Notes under the pieces: generated by a model
Seen by the model: only the letters and a program-made list of their open reading frames with translations
The model's database searches: none
Told to the model about the DNA's origin: nothing
NCBI GenBank assembly: GCA_002269645.1
Contig: NIVC01004471.1
Coordinates: forward strand, 1 to 44,852
Source: Macrostomum lignano
Lineage: Eukaryota
Reading direction: 5' to 3'
DNA: 44,852 bases
Translations under genes and position numbers: made by a program
Part shown: in pieces, positions 1-27,359 of the stretch
How positions within the stretch are numbered: position 1 is the stretch's first letter
Layout: every line of letters starts with the position of its first letter

Positions 1-118
1 GCGGCTGCGGCAACGGCGGCTGCGGCAACGGTGCAGCGGCAACGGCGCTGCGCGGCAACGGCGGCTGCGGCAACGGGCGGCAGCGGCAACGGCGGCAGCG
101 GCAACGGCGGCAGCGGCA
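1..118. repeat. GGCAAC/GGCAGC/GGCTGC low-complexity tandem repeat
   Basis: Repeating gcggcaacg/gcggcagc units visible directly; they abut the RT fragment. Confidence 0.85.
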
Positions 119-120
119 GG

Positions 121-1000
121 TCCTCTGCCCAAGATCGAGGACCTGTTTGCCAAGCTGGGAGGCGGCTGCAAGTGGACAAAGCTCGATCTGTCCAATGCCT
201 TCCTGCAGCTTCCGCTCGCGCGAAGTCAGCAAAGCCTTCGTCACGATCAACACGCCAAAGGGACTCTACCAGTTCAATCGCATGCCTTTTGGCATCAAGT
301 GCGCCATGCGATCTTCCAACGGACGATGGACACTCTGTTAGGAGGTCTCGACTCTGTCCAGGTGTTTGTCGATGACATCCTGGTCACCAGCAAGACGATG
401 CAGCAACATAAGAAAAACCTGGGAAGAAGTTCTGCAGCGCCTCCTTGAGTCGGGACTCAGGCTGAACAAGCAAAAGAGCCCGTTCTTCACGGACTCTGTC
501 GAGTATCTGGGCTACCGCATTGACGCATGTGGACTCAGCCGCTGACGGACAGGGTGGCCGCAATTCAAGACGCCCCGGCGCCGAAGGACATCAGCCAGCT
601 GCGCTCGTTCCTCGGCATGCTGACTCAGTACGGCCGGTTCCTGCCTAACCTGTCCACCGTAGTAGCGCCGCTCAATCAGCTGCTGGACAAGGACGTTCGC
701 TGGACGTGGGACAAGCCGCAGCAAACCGCCTTAAGCTAAGCGTCTGCTGCTCCATTCACCGGTGCTTGTGCACTTCAACCCGGATCTGCCGCTGCGGCTC
801 GAGTGTGACGCTTCACCATACGGAGTGGGTGTGGTGTTGTCCCATCGCATCAACAACAAAGACTGCGCAGTGGCATTCGCTAGCCGCACCCTGAACGCAG
901 CACAGCGGGGCTACTCGCAGCTCGACAAGGAAGCGCTGGCCATAATGTTCGGGCTGCACCGCTTCCATCAATTCCTCTACGGCCGGAGATTCACGATAGT
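121..1000 (+). mobile_element. Degenerate Ty3/Gypsy LTR-retrotransposon pol fragment (RT + RNase H), truncated before integrase
   Basis: Joining frames across several 1-nt indels gives PLPKIEDLFAKLGG..LDLSNAFLQLPL..TINTPKGLYQFNRMPFG..VFVDDILV..VEYLGYRID..LRSFLGMLTQYGRFLPNL..LECDASPYGVGVVLSH..VAFASRTLNAAQRGYSQLDKEALAIMFG..FLYGRRFTIV. These are canonical Gypsy RT and RNase H motifs. No LTR seen. Confidence 0.95.
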
Positions 1001-2997
1001 CCGTGTCCGTGACGACGGATCTTACCAGTGTCTGGCCGGGAATAAGCTGGGCGTGGCCGCTTCGAACCTAACGGTAAGTTTGGAAAATTGGAAATTTCAT
1101 TAATAGGTCGACAAGTAAACGTAAGCGATCCCATCAGATCCTCAGGTTAATCATCCCAGGATCCTCGAGGTTATTCCTTCCAGGATTTCGTACTATATAT
1201 TTCATTATTCCCATTTTTATTCTCTAACTAATTCCCAATCAATGCCTGCAGTTCCTTCGCCCTGCCATGCTGGCCAGTTTCTTCAAGAGCGAGTGCCACG
1301 GTGCGGGCGGCGGCTTGGAAGTCGGCTGGCATTGCCCTGCGTGCCGCCCATAAATTTCCCCGACGCCCGGTAGTCTGGCATCGGATTGCAGATGCGGACG
1401 GCGCCCAGCCGATGGTGATTCAACGGTCTAATCGAATCAACATCGACCCCGTGAATGGCAACCTGCTGTTTTCTAACATTCACCTGTCGACAAGGCAACC
1501 TACCGATGCAGCGTGGAGAACAGGATTCTTAGACGGGCTGTTCAAGGTCGAAGCTACCGGCTGGATGTGATCAAAGGCATCACATAGGCTGCTGCTCAGC
1601 TCATGGCGCAGAAACCCTCTTTTATAACTGCTCTCGCGAACAGAACTCTCGATTTGTTTTGCTTCTTCTCCGGCTTCCCGACGCCCAGCATCCAGTGGAA
1701 GAAGGATTCGACTGAGGTCTCTTCGGGGGAGCGGCTGCAACTGCTGGACTCTGGCGCCCGCCTGCGGCTCATCGATATTGACCCGGATTATCACGCTGGT
1801 GAGCTCGCCGCGGCCAGCTCTGCTGCCCCATCCTCGAGCTGGAGCGCTCCCAGATCCTCGGTTGCTGGGCCAGCCTCCCAGATCCGCGGTTGCTGGGCCA
1901 GCCTCCCAGATCCTCAGTTGCTGGGCCAGCCTCCCAGATCCTCGGTTGCTGGGCCAGCCTCCCAGATCCCCAGTTACTAGGCTAGCCTCCCAGATCCCCA
2001 GTTACTAAGCCAGCCTCCAGATCCCCAGTTACTAAGCCAGCCTCCCAGATCCCCAGTTACTAGGCCAGCCTCCCAGATCCCCAGTTACTAGGCCAGCCTC
2101 TCAGATCCCCAGTTACTAGGCGAGCCTCCCAGATCCCCAGTTACTAGGCCAGCCTCCCAGATCCCCAGTTACTAGGCCAGCCTCTCAGATCCCCAGTTAC
2201 TAGGCCAGCCTCCCAGATCCCCAGTTACTAGGCCAGCCTCCCAGATCCCCAGTTACTAGGCCAGCCTCTCAGATCCCCAGTTACTAGGCCAGCCTCCCAG
2301 ATCCCCAGTTACTAGGCCAGCCTCCCAGATCCCCAGTTACTAGGCCAGCCTCCCAGATCCCCAGTTACTAGGCGAGCCTCCCAGATCGTCAGGTGCCGGG
2401 CCCCGCCAGCCCAAATCCTCAGCATGGACTACTGCAGCAAGACACTGCACTCGATTTTCTTAGAAAACATCCGGAGGCCGCAAGGAACGCCTATTTGTCC
2501 CATCGCCAGTGCATTTAGTATTGCGCCTCCGCCAGATTCTCGCAGTTGCTCCCAGGTCCATCGCCCAGTCAAGTGCCCTTACCCAGAATCGCTACAACTA
2601 CCTCCATAAAATTGAGTCGCCATAAAATCCCAACCCTTTTGTCACGGCAACCGCAGGTGTTTACCAGTGCACCGGCGCCAATGAGGGAGGCTTCAACGAC
2701 GCCGGCACCTACCGCGTACGAGTGGCCAGCGAGCCCTACTGGATTCAGAAGCCAGCTGACGTCTCCGTGCCCGAAGGCGGCAGCCACACGTTCCGCTGCG
2801 AGGCTGGCGCCGCGCCCGGCGACCCGAAGTGGCTCATCAACGGTGTACCGGTCAGCGGGTCCGACAGCCGCTTCTCCCGGTCGGCAGTGAGTTTCAGTTT
2901 AGCAATCTCACGGTGAGAGACTCGCTCGTGGTGCAGTGCAATGTCAGCAATAGGTATGGATACGTATTCACCAATGCCTACCTGAGTGTGCTGCGCC
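1000..2997 (+). pseudogene. L1CAM/nrg: L1CAM/neuroglian-family fragment (end of Ig1 to Ig4), frameshifted
   Basis: Exons at ~1000-1073 (DDGSYQCLAGNKLGVAASN), ~1251-1798 (LPCVPPINFP..VW..RINIDPVNGNLLFSN..YRCSVEN..LDLFCFFSGFPTPSIQWKKD) and 2657-~2997 (GVYQCTGAN..ASEPYWIQKP..WLINGVP..VVQCNVSNRYGYVFTNAYLSVL) match L1-family Ig1-Ig4. Several 1-nt frameshifts and an in-frame stop; these could be real decay or consensus errors. Confidence 0.8.
1846..2387 (+). repeat. 28-bp intronic minisatellite (CCAGCCTCCCAGATCCCCAGTTACTAGG), about 19 copies
   Basis: Tandem units directly visible between Ig3 exons. Confidence 0.95.
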
Positions 2998-4716
2998 GTC
3001 AGCCACTTCGGACACAAAAGTGCCATGGTTCACTATTAAGTACTACTGGCTACTGTTGAATTACTTCGCCACAGTGTTTATCCCTTAAGCTGGATGCTGG
3101 TTGTTGCCTTCTAATCAATTGTGATTTGTGATATGCGTATTTTTAAGCATGAATTAGCGCTGACATCTAAAGTAGCGATTTTTTGTTCAACACTTTGGAA
3201 ATTATAATTTTAATTCATGAGTCGAAATTATTATTATTTCAAATTTACAATTTCGATAAAAACTACAAATTAATTTTATCGCGACTTACAATTGGCGATG
3301 AGTAAAAAGATGAACAAATTAAAATATTTCATAACCAAAAGATTACAGTTTTGATAAGTTATTAATCGCAATTAATATGCTCGTTTTTTAAGTAATATCG
3401 TTTCTAATTAAAGAAATTTATAAATATAAATTTGATAGATTTTTTATTTAGTTATAAATATGGAATACAGAATCCCGAGTTTTGCCAATCCCGAGATCCC
3501 GACGAATTGGACCGGGATCCCGGGATCCGCGGGATCTCGAAAAGGTTTCTCACTTTTGTTGGTGCAATTTTGGTTTACAAAGCTATCTAATCTGATTTTA
3601 AAGGGCTTTCAATGATAAAGTACAGCAGAATAAAATATTTTGCAAGCAAGAAACTGGCGGTGAGTTCTGAATTGGAGTGTGATGTACAGGCTGGCGTAAT
3701 GGACGTGCTTTTTTACATGCCGGTATCAGCTCAGGAAAATCAAATTTGATTGTGATGTAACCTGGGGAATGATAGCTTTCAGAACTATGGCGCGAGGTAC
3801 TGATACCAGGTTAGAAGGGATCAGAACTGACCCTCCGAGGGGCACCCGCTTTAGATGGAGAACTGGTTGTGATCCGATAGCAAAGTCCCGACTCCCACTG
3901 TTCTAATCACAACTACGGCCTGGAGTTTTAAAGGTAGGGACTGCTTAAAGTAGTTCTGCCACCAACCCAATTCTGGGCATCTAAGGGGTGCCTTGACAGT
4001 GCTAAGAATGAGGTCTTTCGCATAGGGGGCTTCTGATCTGCGCAAGGTCGAGACTCGAGACTTCCTGACTTTAGCTGGGTTTGGGATAGAGAGAGAGCTC
4101 AAATGAACAATGATTTGACTTGGAATTGTTTGTTCGTTTACTTGGCCTTTTTAGCGCCACCTAAATGTTCAATAAATATGTGTGTATGCATCGGATAATA
4201 TTCCTTACTGAAAGTTTTGTAGCTAAATATGCACTAAAACAATTCGAGATTTTATCTTTATGCATGGTTAAAATATAAACTTTCTTTCAAAACTCGGCAT
4301 TATCGAATTGGGTGTCAGTATAAATCTTTGCTTGTTTATTTTATAAATTTGTCGCTAACTAGGTTTTCATTCATTTAATTACAATCCAGCGGCGCCAAAA
4401 TGTGTGCTGGGGGTGCCAAAATCACTACCAAAAGGTTTGATAACTTTCTACTTAGCCTATAGCTACTTGTCCCAAAATTCATTCCTAGTCACGAGCGAGA
4501 TGCATGAATTTAACCATCAGTTGGTCAGTCGTGTATTTGTCCAGCATTGAATATCACAGAGAGGCAAACAAACAATGCTGCATTGAAATCCTATACCTAG
4601 CTATTAAATATCAAGAAAAATCACGTGGCTTGTACTGTAAAGCTCAATTCATAGCCTCTCATAAAACGCGTTAAAATCTCCTGCCAAATTCATAACTCTC
4701 GAATCTGCCAAGAATT

Positions 4717-9725
<5,009 letters not shown>

Positions 9726-10813
9726 TAAATTTAAATAATATATTTTTAATTTGTCCTACTGTTAGTAGAGTAATGCAACCTTAGCTCGTAAGTAGTAAAA
9801 ACATCTATGGTTCTATAGCGAAAATCGAGCAGAGCCAGACGGATGCCCGTCTGTCTGGCAGAACATGGATGTTTAAAACAGGCTAACCTCACCACGAAGA
9901 GAGCTGCAGGACAAACACAGAAAAACAAGCAATGCTGTGCTTAAATTCGCTAGCAAGCCAAATCCGTGTTTTATTGAACCTAGCTAAAAATATCTAACTA
10001 GCTAGCACTTTAATATATTGAATAGAAATTCAATAATCAAGGTTTGCTTGCTTGATGCTAGAATTAGTGCGCCGTCTTTGACATCTCTGGACAAACTTTG
10101 CACACACGAGGCTTTGCAATTTCAACATTTCGTTCTGTTTAAAGTCGGAACTGCACCTCACACTTTTTTTGCATTTCTCCAGGCTTGAGCAACCCTGCGG
10201 AGTTCTTTGCCGAGTTTAACTGTAGCTCTGCTAACCTTGGTAAGCTTGAGAGCGAGAGGCAGGTATTCGAACCCTGTCAAATAAAAGCAGAAACTTTGCC
10301 TACCCCATGCGTACCAGATGATGCATAGCCAGGCATTTTTGAGACAAATCTGCTTCAATGAAGCAAAGGTAAGCAATGTGAAGGTGAGTGCTTTGGGCGT
10401 TGTATGCGTGCGCACAGTATGTGCGTTCGCGTCCCCCCCATCACAATGGCCTGTCCAAGGAGTTCGAGAACTCAGAATCTGGAATCGCAAGGAAATCGCT
10501 TAGCTACACTTAGCTATAGCACTCGCCTATCTGCTCTCAATTGGCCCGAAAATGCGGGCGTTCCAGAATTCTGGATTTAGAATTCCCTGGCCTGTCTCCA
10601 CCTCCACTCTGTCTGGCCGCTCGTGGCAGCCCCAGCGAGCACGTGTTGGCTGCCCCCCCGCTCATCTCAGGCCCATTGTATAGCCCTCTGCCCCCGAACT
10701 GTTGCTGCCTATTCTGTTAGTCTAGAAAAAAGGAAAGACTGCAGCTGAGACCAACTGGCCAGCTAAGCAATACGCGGCTTTTCTCGAGCTCTGGGCAATC
10801 ACAGCTAGTAGAG

Positions 10814-13502
10814 ATGGACCAGGAGCCGGACGAGAAACTCCGCGATCGTCTGGCCGCCGAGTCCTACAAGGAAAGCGGCTCGGACTCGGGCAAGTGGACC
10901 CGCCTGCAGGACGATGACAAGGACAAAGACAAGCCGAGCACCGTCTGCGGTCTGAGCGTCGGCGGCTTCGTGCTGCTATTGCTGCTGCTCCTGGCCCTGG
11001 CTGGCCTCATCGCTCTGGGCAGCTTTTCCATTGTGAAATGGCGCAGCAGCGCGATGCTGTGCTCCACGGATAACTGCGTGCTGCAGTCGGCCTCCATGCT
11101 GCGCACCGTGGACCGGGCTGTGAAGCCGTGCGAAGATTTTCACGGGTTCGCCTGCGGCAACTGGGACCATGCCTACCCCACCCAGCCGGGCATCGGCAAG
11201 TACTCCAACTTCTACAAGGATACGAGAGACAACCTGCTGCGGCTGTACTCGCTGCTCAGCCACGGGTACAGCAACCGGCTGCTCATTCGAGGCCATCGGA
11301 GCAAAGCCGCGGCCAAAGCGGTCACCTACTTTGAAGCCTGCAGCAACACGACCGCCCGCGAGGCCCTGGGCCAGAAGTCCGCCGAGTCGCTCATCAGCCG
11401 TCTGGGCGGCTGGTCGCTCACCAACGACGTGCCCGCCACGCGACCGCCCAGCAGCGATCCGGGAGACGCTGGCATCATCGAGCGCATCGCCAAGGCCAAC
11501 GCGCTGTTAGCGCAGCCATTTTTCAACGTCCAACCGGCAGTGAGCGACTTCAATCATCGGCGACGGGCGATTCGCATCAACCAGGTGAGTTCGCGAGCTG
11601 TCATTGTGCGGGAGTTGCAAAGGAGACGGTTGTGGCCAGTCAAATAAATACGCCAGAGAGATATCCTAGTCCCCTCAATGAAGTTGACAATGAGTTTGCA
11701 TAGCATTTGTATCAGCCTTGTCAGAACCTATGCCAGATAAAAATCTACGATATTCATGTGAGACGGGCAAAATCAATTCATTCAGCTTTAAAATGAAACA
11801 GAGATCATTGAGATTGGTTGAAGCAGACCGAAGTTAGGCCAGATGTGTGAGAAGTAGCTTTAATGGTGAAATTCTCGCCGTCTCACCGCAGGGATTCGCG
11901 CCCTACCAGCGCAGCGCGCTGGTCACTTCGGACGAGAAGTTTCACAAAGCCTACATGGCCTACGGCGAACAGGTGCTCAAAGCGATCGGCTCCACGGTTA
12001 ACAACGCGTCCAGGAAGCGCCTCGAGGAGCTCTGGCAGCTGGACGTCCGCCTTGAGCGGCTGCGCAACTCTTATGTTGAGCGCCGAAAAGTTGCGCCGAA
12101 AATTGCCGACCCGAGCCGGTTCGAGATGACCTTAACCGACCTGTGCAAGCACATCAGCGACAGGCTGCATCACGCCTCCGTCACCCCGGAGTCGCTCGTG
12201 TCCGAGGCCGTGCGCCTGTCGCCTCAGTTCCTGGGCGTCCGGATCAAGCCAACCACCCTGATGCGAGTTGACAACTTGGAATACCTGCTTGGCCTGGCCG
12301 AGTTGTTCGCCCCGGCCATGGCCGCCAAGTCTCCGGCCTCCATGCTGCTCAGCGACTACGCGGTCATGACCACCCTGCGCTCGTTCGTGCACGCCCTCTC
12401 CGACCCGTTCCAGGAGGCCCGGCGTCAGGAGAAGCAGATCATCTACGGCAACAACGTGCTGGACAACCTGTGGCTGTACTGCACCAGCAAGACTGACTTG
12501 GCCTTTAAGTTCCTCACCGGAGCTCTGGTCCTGCAGCGCACCATAACGACAAAGACTCTGGCCAAGGTGACATCTCTAGTTGACCACATCCACAAGGAGC
12601 TCAGGCTGGTTGTCAGCGAAGCGCCCTGGATGGATAAGGAGACCCGAACTCGAGCCCTGGCCAAGGTGGACCGAATCAAGCAGACTGTTGGCTATCCTCA
12701 GATCATTATGAACGCCCACAAGTTGGACAAGTTCTACGACGACATCAAAATCGACAAGGGCGACTACTTCGCGTCATATCTGAACGCCCGGGCCACAAAG
12801 CGCAAATGGTCGATCAACCATCTGAGCTCCAGACAGCCGCACCACAGATTCGAATGGGGCCAGAGTCCGCTGATGGCCAACGCGTTCTACAGCCAGACCA
12901 CCCTGCGCATGACCATCATTGCCGGCATCCTGCAGCCGCCCTTCTTCGACGAGCACTTCCAGGACGCGTTCCTGTTTGGAGCACTCGGCTCCATCGTGGG
13001 GCACGAGTTGAATCACGCGTTCGACGCTAGAGGCCGATACTACAACGCCACAGGCTGCCTGCAGCAGTGGTGGAGCAACGCTACCAGCATGCAGTACCGG
13101 TCTCGCAGGGACTGCTTCGTGCAGCAGTACAGCAACTACAAAGCCTACGGAATGAATAACCGAGGCGCCCACACTGTTGAAGAGAACATGGCTGACAATG
13201 GCGGGATCTACGTTGCTTATCGAGCGTTCCAGAAGCACCAAGAGACTGCCAGCTCCGACGCCTCGCTGCTGCCTGGACTGGGCTACACACCTGACCAGGT
13301 GTTCTTCATGGCCTTCGCCCAGCTGTGGTGCGGTCACGTGACCAAGCAGTTCGGCCGCAAGCTGATGGAAACGGATGTGCACTCGGTGTACGAGCACAGG
13401 GTCCTGGGCAGCCTGTCCAACATGCCGCAGTTCGCCAAGGCGTTCGGCTGCAAGCCCGGCTCACCCTTCAACCCTGCAAAGCGGTGCACCCTGTGGACCT
13501 GA
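10814..13502 (+). CDS. M13 family zinc metallopeptidase (neprilysin/ECE-like), type II membrane protein, about 793 aa
   Basis: Exons 10814-11584 and 11892-13502 (phase-0 GT-AG intron). Short cytosolic tail, TM segment, C..CV....L..VD.AV.PC.DF..FACG.W, ANAFY, HELNH (HExxH), ENMADNGG, HSVYEHRV and C-terminal RCTLW. No frameshifts. Confidence 0.95.
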
Positions 13503-14082
13503 GCCCGGGCCCCAGTGACTATACTGTTTACCCTCTTCGACGCACAAACCGTGTTCGCATCGATTTTGCAATTCGGTTTTGTGCAACCCGTTCTATTCTA
13601 ATCTCTCCAGTAATTAATCGCCACTCGCTTATTGAGGCTTAAGGATGTGATAACCTACAGAGACATGGCTATTTATTTATTTAAGCGTAACAATACAATA
13701 ATTGAAAACGCGCCTTGAAGTTCGTCTTGTTGCCTGTTTGGGGGTCATTAAAATACGATCGAATGCTTGTTTGCTTTTTTCGTTCAATTTATTACAGTAT
13801 GAAGGTTGAAAAAACTGAACAAATTGATTATAAAATTATTCTTGCCATACGCCTTAATCAGTAGTGTAAAAGAAAATTTTCATTTAAATTGAAACAGTAA
13901 AAGTTTGAGATAAAAATTAAGTAACAAAGGATCCGAGATTTTTTAAGTCGCCATGACATTTTCAACAAAAATTTGATTTCGGGGAGAAAATCCCTTCCAG
14001 CTACTGTTAGTAGTTAGCAAGTATTTATAGTGCAGTTTCATTGCAAATAGGAATAGATAGTTCGTAAAGATCACCCACTGAC

Positions 14083-24118
<10,036 letters not shown>

Positions 24119-24735
24119 TTTTTGCAAAGTGTATTTTCAGCGAACTAACAGATAGCTCTGAGCCAGCTCTCCTCTTTTATAGCAGCGATACAAGCGAGTG
24201 CAGTCTTCCCTGCTTTCCTATCCCAATTTTTTGTGGCAGTGTAACAGACAGAGGTAAGGTGGAGACTTCAGACTGCAGCCCGCGGGGAGACAGAGATTGG
24301 CTGCTTGCTACGGACACAAGTTAAAGCTGGCGAGAGAAGCTGGGGATTTGGGATGGGGGGACGGAGCAGATCCAGGATTAGCAAAACGCGGCCTATGAGC
24401 CTATAAAAATCAATTCTACCGTATGGCACAGCTCAGATGTTGATTGATGATGGCTGGGTGCAGTGAGGCCAGGTTACGTGCTCATCTGCCTGCTCATCTG
24501 GTTTGGCGCCATCGGACTTAACACAGATATATTCTGAGCTCACCCTGTCACGGGACAGATTACAGTAGGACTGAACACAGCTGAGCGAATGGGATAAAAT
24601 TAGATAATGATGAAGCAGTTGTTTTGGGATTTGGGCGATGGATAATTTGATGATTGCATTATTACTAAGTTGCGAAATCACAGCGGAAGTGCATTCTTAT
24701 TTATAAAAAGCTACATGTAAACAGCTTTAGAATTA

Positions 24736-25632
24736 ACCACCTGGGAACAGGGGAATGGGATGGGATGCCACACCTGGGAACAGGGCGGCAAACCTGGAAA
24801 CAGGGGAATGGGATGCCACACACCTGGGAACAGGGAGATGGGACGGCACACCTGGGAAGAGGGAATGGCCATGGAGAGGCACACCCGAGAACAGGGGTAC
24901 GGGATGCTACACCTGGGAACAGGGGAATGGGATGCCACACACCTGGGAACAGGGGAATGGGATGGCACATCTGGAAACAGGGGTACGGGATGCCACACCT
25001 GGGAACAGGGGAATGGGATGGCACATCTGGGAACAGGGTTACGGGATGCCACACCTGGGAACAGGGGAATGGGATGGCACACTTAGGAACAGGAGAATGG
25101 GATGCCACACCTGGGAACAGGGGAATGGGATGCCACACCTGGGAACAGGGGAATGGGATGCCACACCTGGGAACAGGGAAATGGGATGGCACACATGGGA
25201 ACAGGGGAATAGGAAGGCGCACCTGGGAACAGGGAAATGGAGAGGCACACCTGGGAACAGGGGAATGGAGAGGCACACCTGGGAACAGGGGAATGGAATG
25301 GCACACCTGGGAACAGGGGTACGGGATGCCACACCTTGGAACAGTGGAATGAAGAGGCACACCTGGGAACAGGGGAATGGGATGGCATACCTGGGAACAG
25401 GGGAATGGAGAGGCACACCTAGTAACAGGGGAATGGGATGCCACACCTGGGAACAGGGGAATGGGATGCCACACCTGGGAACAGGGAAATGGGATGGCAC
25501 ACCTGGGAACAGGGGAATAGGAAGGCGCACCTGGGAACAGGGGAATGGAGAGGCACACCTGGGAACAGGGGAATGGAGAGGCACACCTGGGAACAGGGGA
25601 ATGGAGAGGCACACCTGGGAACAGGGGAATGG
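24736..25632. repeat. About 28-bp minisatellite (ACACCTGGGAACAGGGGAATGGGATGCC)
   Basis: Intergenic tandem array. Confidence 0.95.
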
Positions 25633-26439
25633 GGTGGCTTGTTCTTGTTAGTTCATATTGTATTGGATTGTACACATGTATATTTATTTAATGAATGTTT
25701 CACACCAGTGCGCACTAAAACATCACGCTTACATCACGGCGCGCACTTCTGCTTTTGCGCGCTAATCTAGCGCACTCCCTCAATTTCGGAGCAAGAGAAA
25801 ATAATGAGTAAAACTAATAAAACAATATGGAACTTTTCAATTGCAGGTATTGATTGCTGCAATATTATTTAAATGTGCATGCACATTGTGTATGTTTAGC
25901 AATAGTTATAAAAGGCAGAAATCTTGCACATAGCATGCCAATGCCTCTACAAACAAATAAATCAGAAGTATTAAAAAAGCAAAAATGAACTATTAAGCAT
26001 AAAGCCAAGAATTGTTTTATAGCAGTAAGCATTGATTAGGTAATAAATATGTAGAAAACAGTAAGTCACGCAGATTATAAACATATAGTGACAAGCTACT
26101 AAAGGGTCTCACAAGTCAAGGATAGCAGAGGTCGAAGCCAGCCACGATTCAAGATATTTGAACTACACTACTTGAACTAACCAAATAAGTAGGACAAAAA
26201 GCATTTAAACTTCATCAGAATTAGAAAAAAATTTTCCCATCATTTTGGCCTTAACAAAAAGTTAAGAAAAAAGTAAGTTATAACAAATCAGGACTGCATC
26301 ACGAATCTGTTTATGATGGACAGCAACTTTTTAGCGATTTGAAATTATTGGAAGCAGCCGCGTAGGGAGAGAAGTTGACTGTTGAGATAAGCTGAGACTG
26401 GATGGGTAGAATAAGAGAGTATGGGATATGATTAAACAG

Positions 26440-26690
26440 GGTGAGATTAGATTAGATAAGACTGAGATAAGATAAGATGGGGTGAGATAAGATAGACTGA
26501 GTGAGATAAGATAAGACGGGGTGAGATAAGATGAGACTGAGTGAGATAAGATAAGACGGGGTGAGATAAGATGAGACTGAGTGAGATAAGATAAGACGGG
26601 TAAGATAAGATGAGACTGAGTAAGAATAGATAAGAACAGGGCAAAACACAGGGTGAGATTGGATAAGATTGAATGGGATAGTGAGAGTAG
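26440..26690. repeat. GAGATAAGAT-based alternating 20-bp repeat
   Basis: Alternating gagataagataagacgggGT and gagataagatgagactgaGT units. Confidence 0.85.
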
Positions 26691-26787
26691 ATACACGTAA
26701 GAGAGGGTGAGATAGATGAGGCTGGGACAAATCCAGCTCAGACTTAATTAAAGCAGGGAGTCCCAAGCAGCACAGCTAGCAGAGAAT

Positions 26788-27096
26788 TCAAACGGCCGCC
26801 AGATCCAGGTAGTCCACAGCCTGGCTGAGGCTGCCCTCGGCGATGCCGCCAGCCAGGTAGAGCCGGGCTCCGGCGGCCAGGTAGGCGCAGCTCATGTGGC
26901 CAGACGGCAGGGCGGATTGCTCCGTCCAGGTGTCCGAGTCCGGCCGGTACAGGTGGCAGGAGGTGCTGGGCCGGCCAGTGTTGTCTGAGGGCGAGATCGG
27001 CGATGGGAAGGGGCGGTGATCACCAGCTGGTGCTGCGTGTGGGTAGTGAAATAGGTAAGCAGACTAGCTAAGGCTAGTCTAAGCCTAAAGCTAGAC

Positions 27097-27131
<35 letters not shown>

Positions 27132-27153
27132 GTCAGACAGACAGACAGTCAGG

Positions 27154-27184
<31 letters not shown>

Positions 27185-27326
27185 TCAGGCAGACAGACAG
27201 ACAGTCAGCCAGACAGACAGACAGTCAGGCAGACAGACAGACAGACAGACAGTCAGACAGACAGAAAGACAGACAGACAGACAGACAGACAGACAGTCAG
27301 ACAGACAGACAGACAGACAGGCAGGC

Positions 27327-27359
<33 letters not shown>

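Noticed and set aside
3851-4102. 83-aa minus ORF, possibly a TE fragment
   Set aside because: No recognisable motif or splice context.
10864-13642. Alternative-frame and antisense ORFs over neprilysin
   Set aside because: Shadow ORFs of a GC-rich coding sequence.
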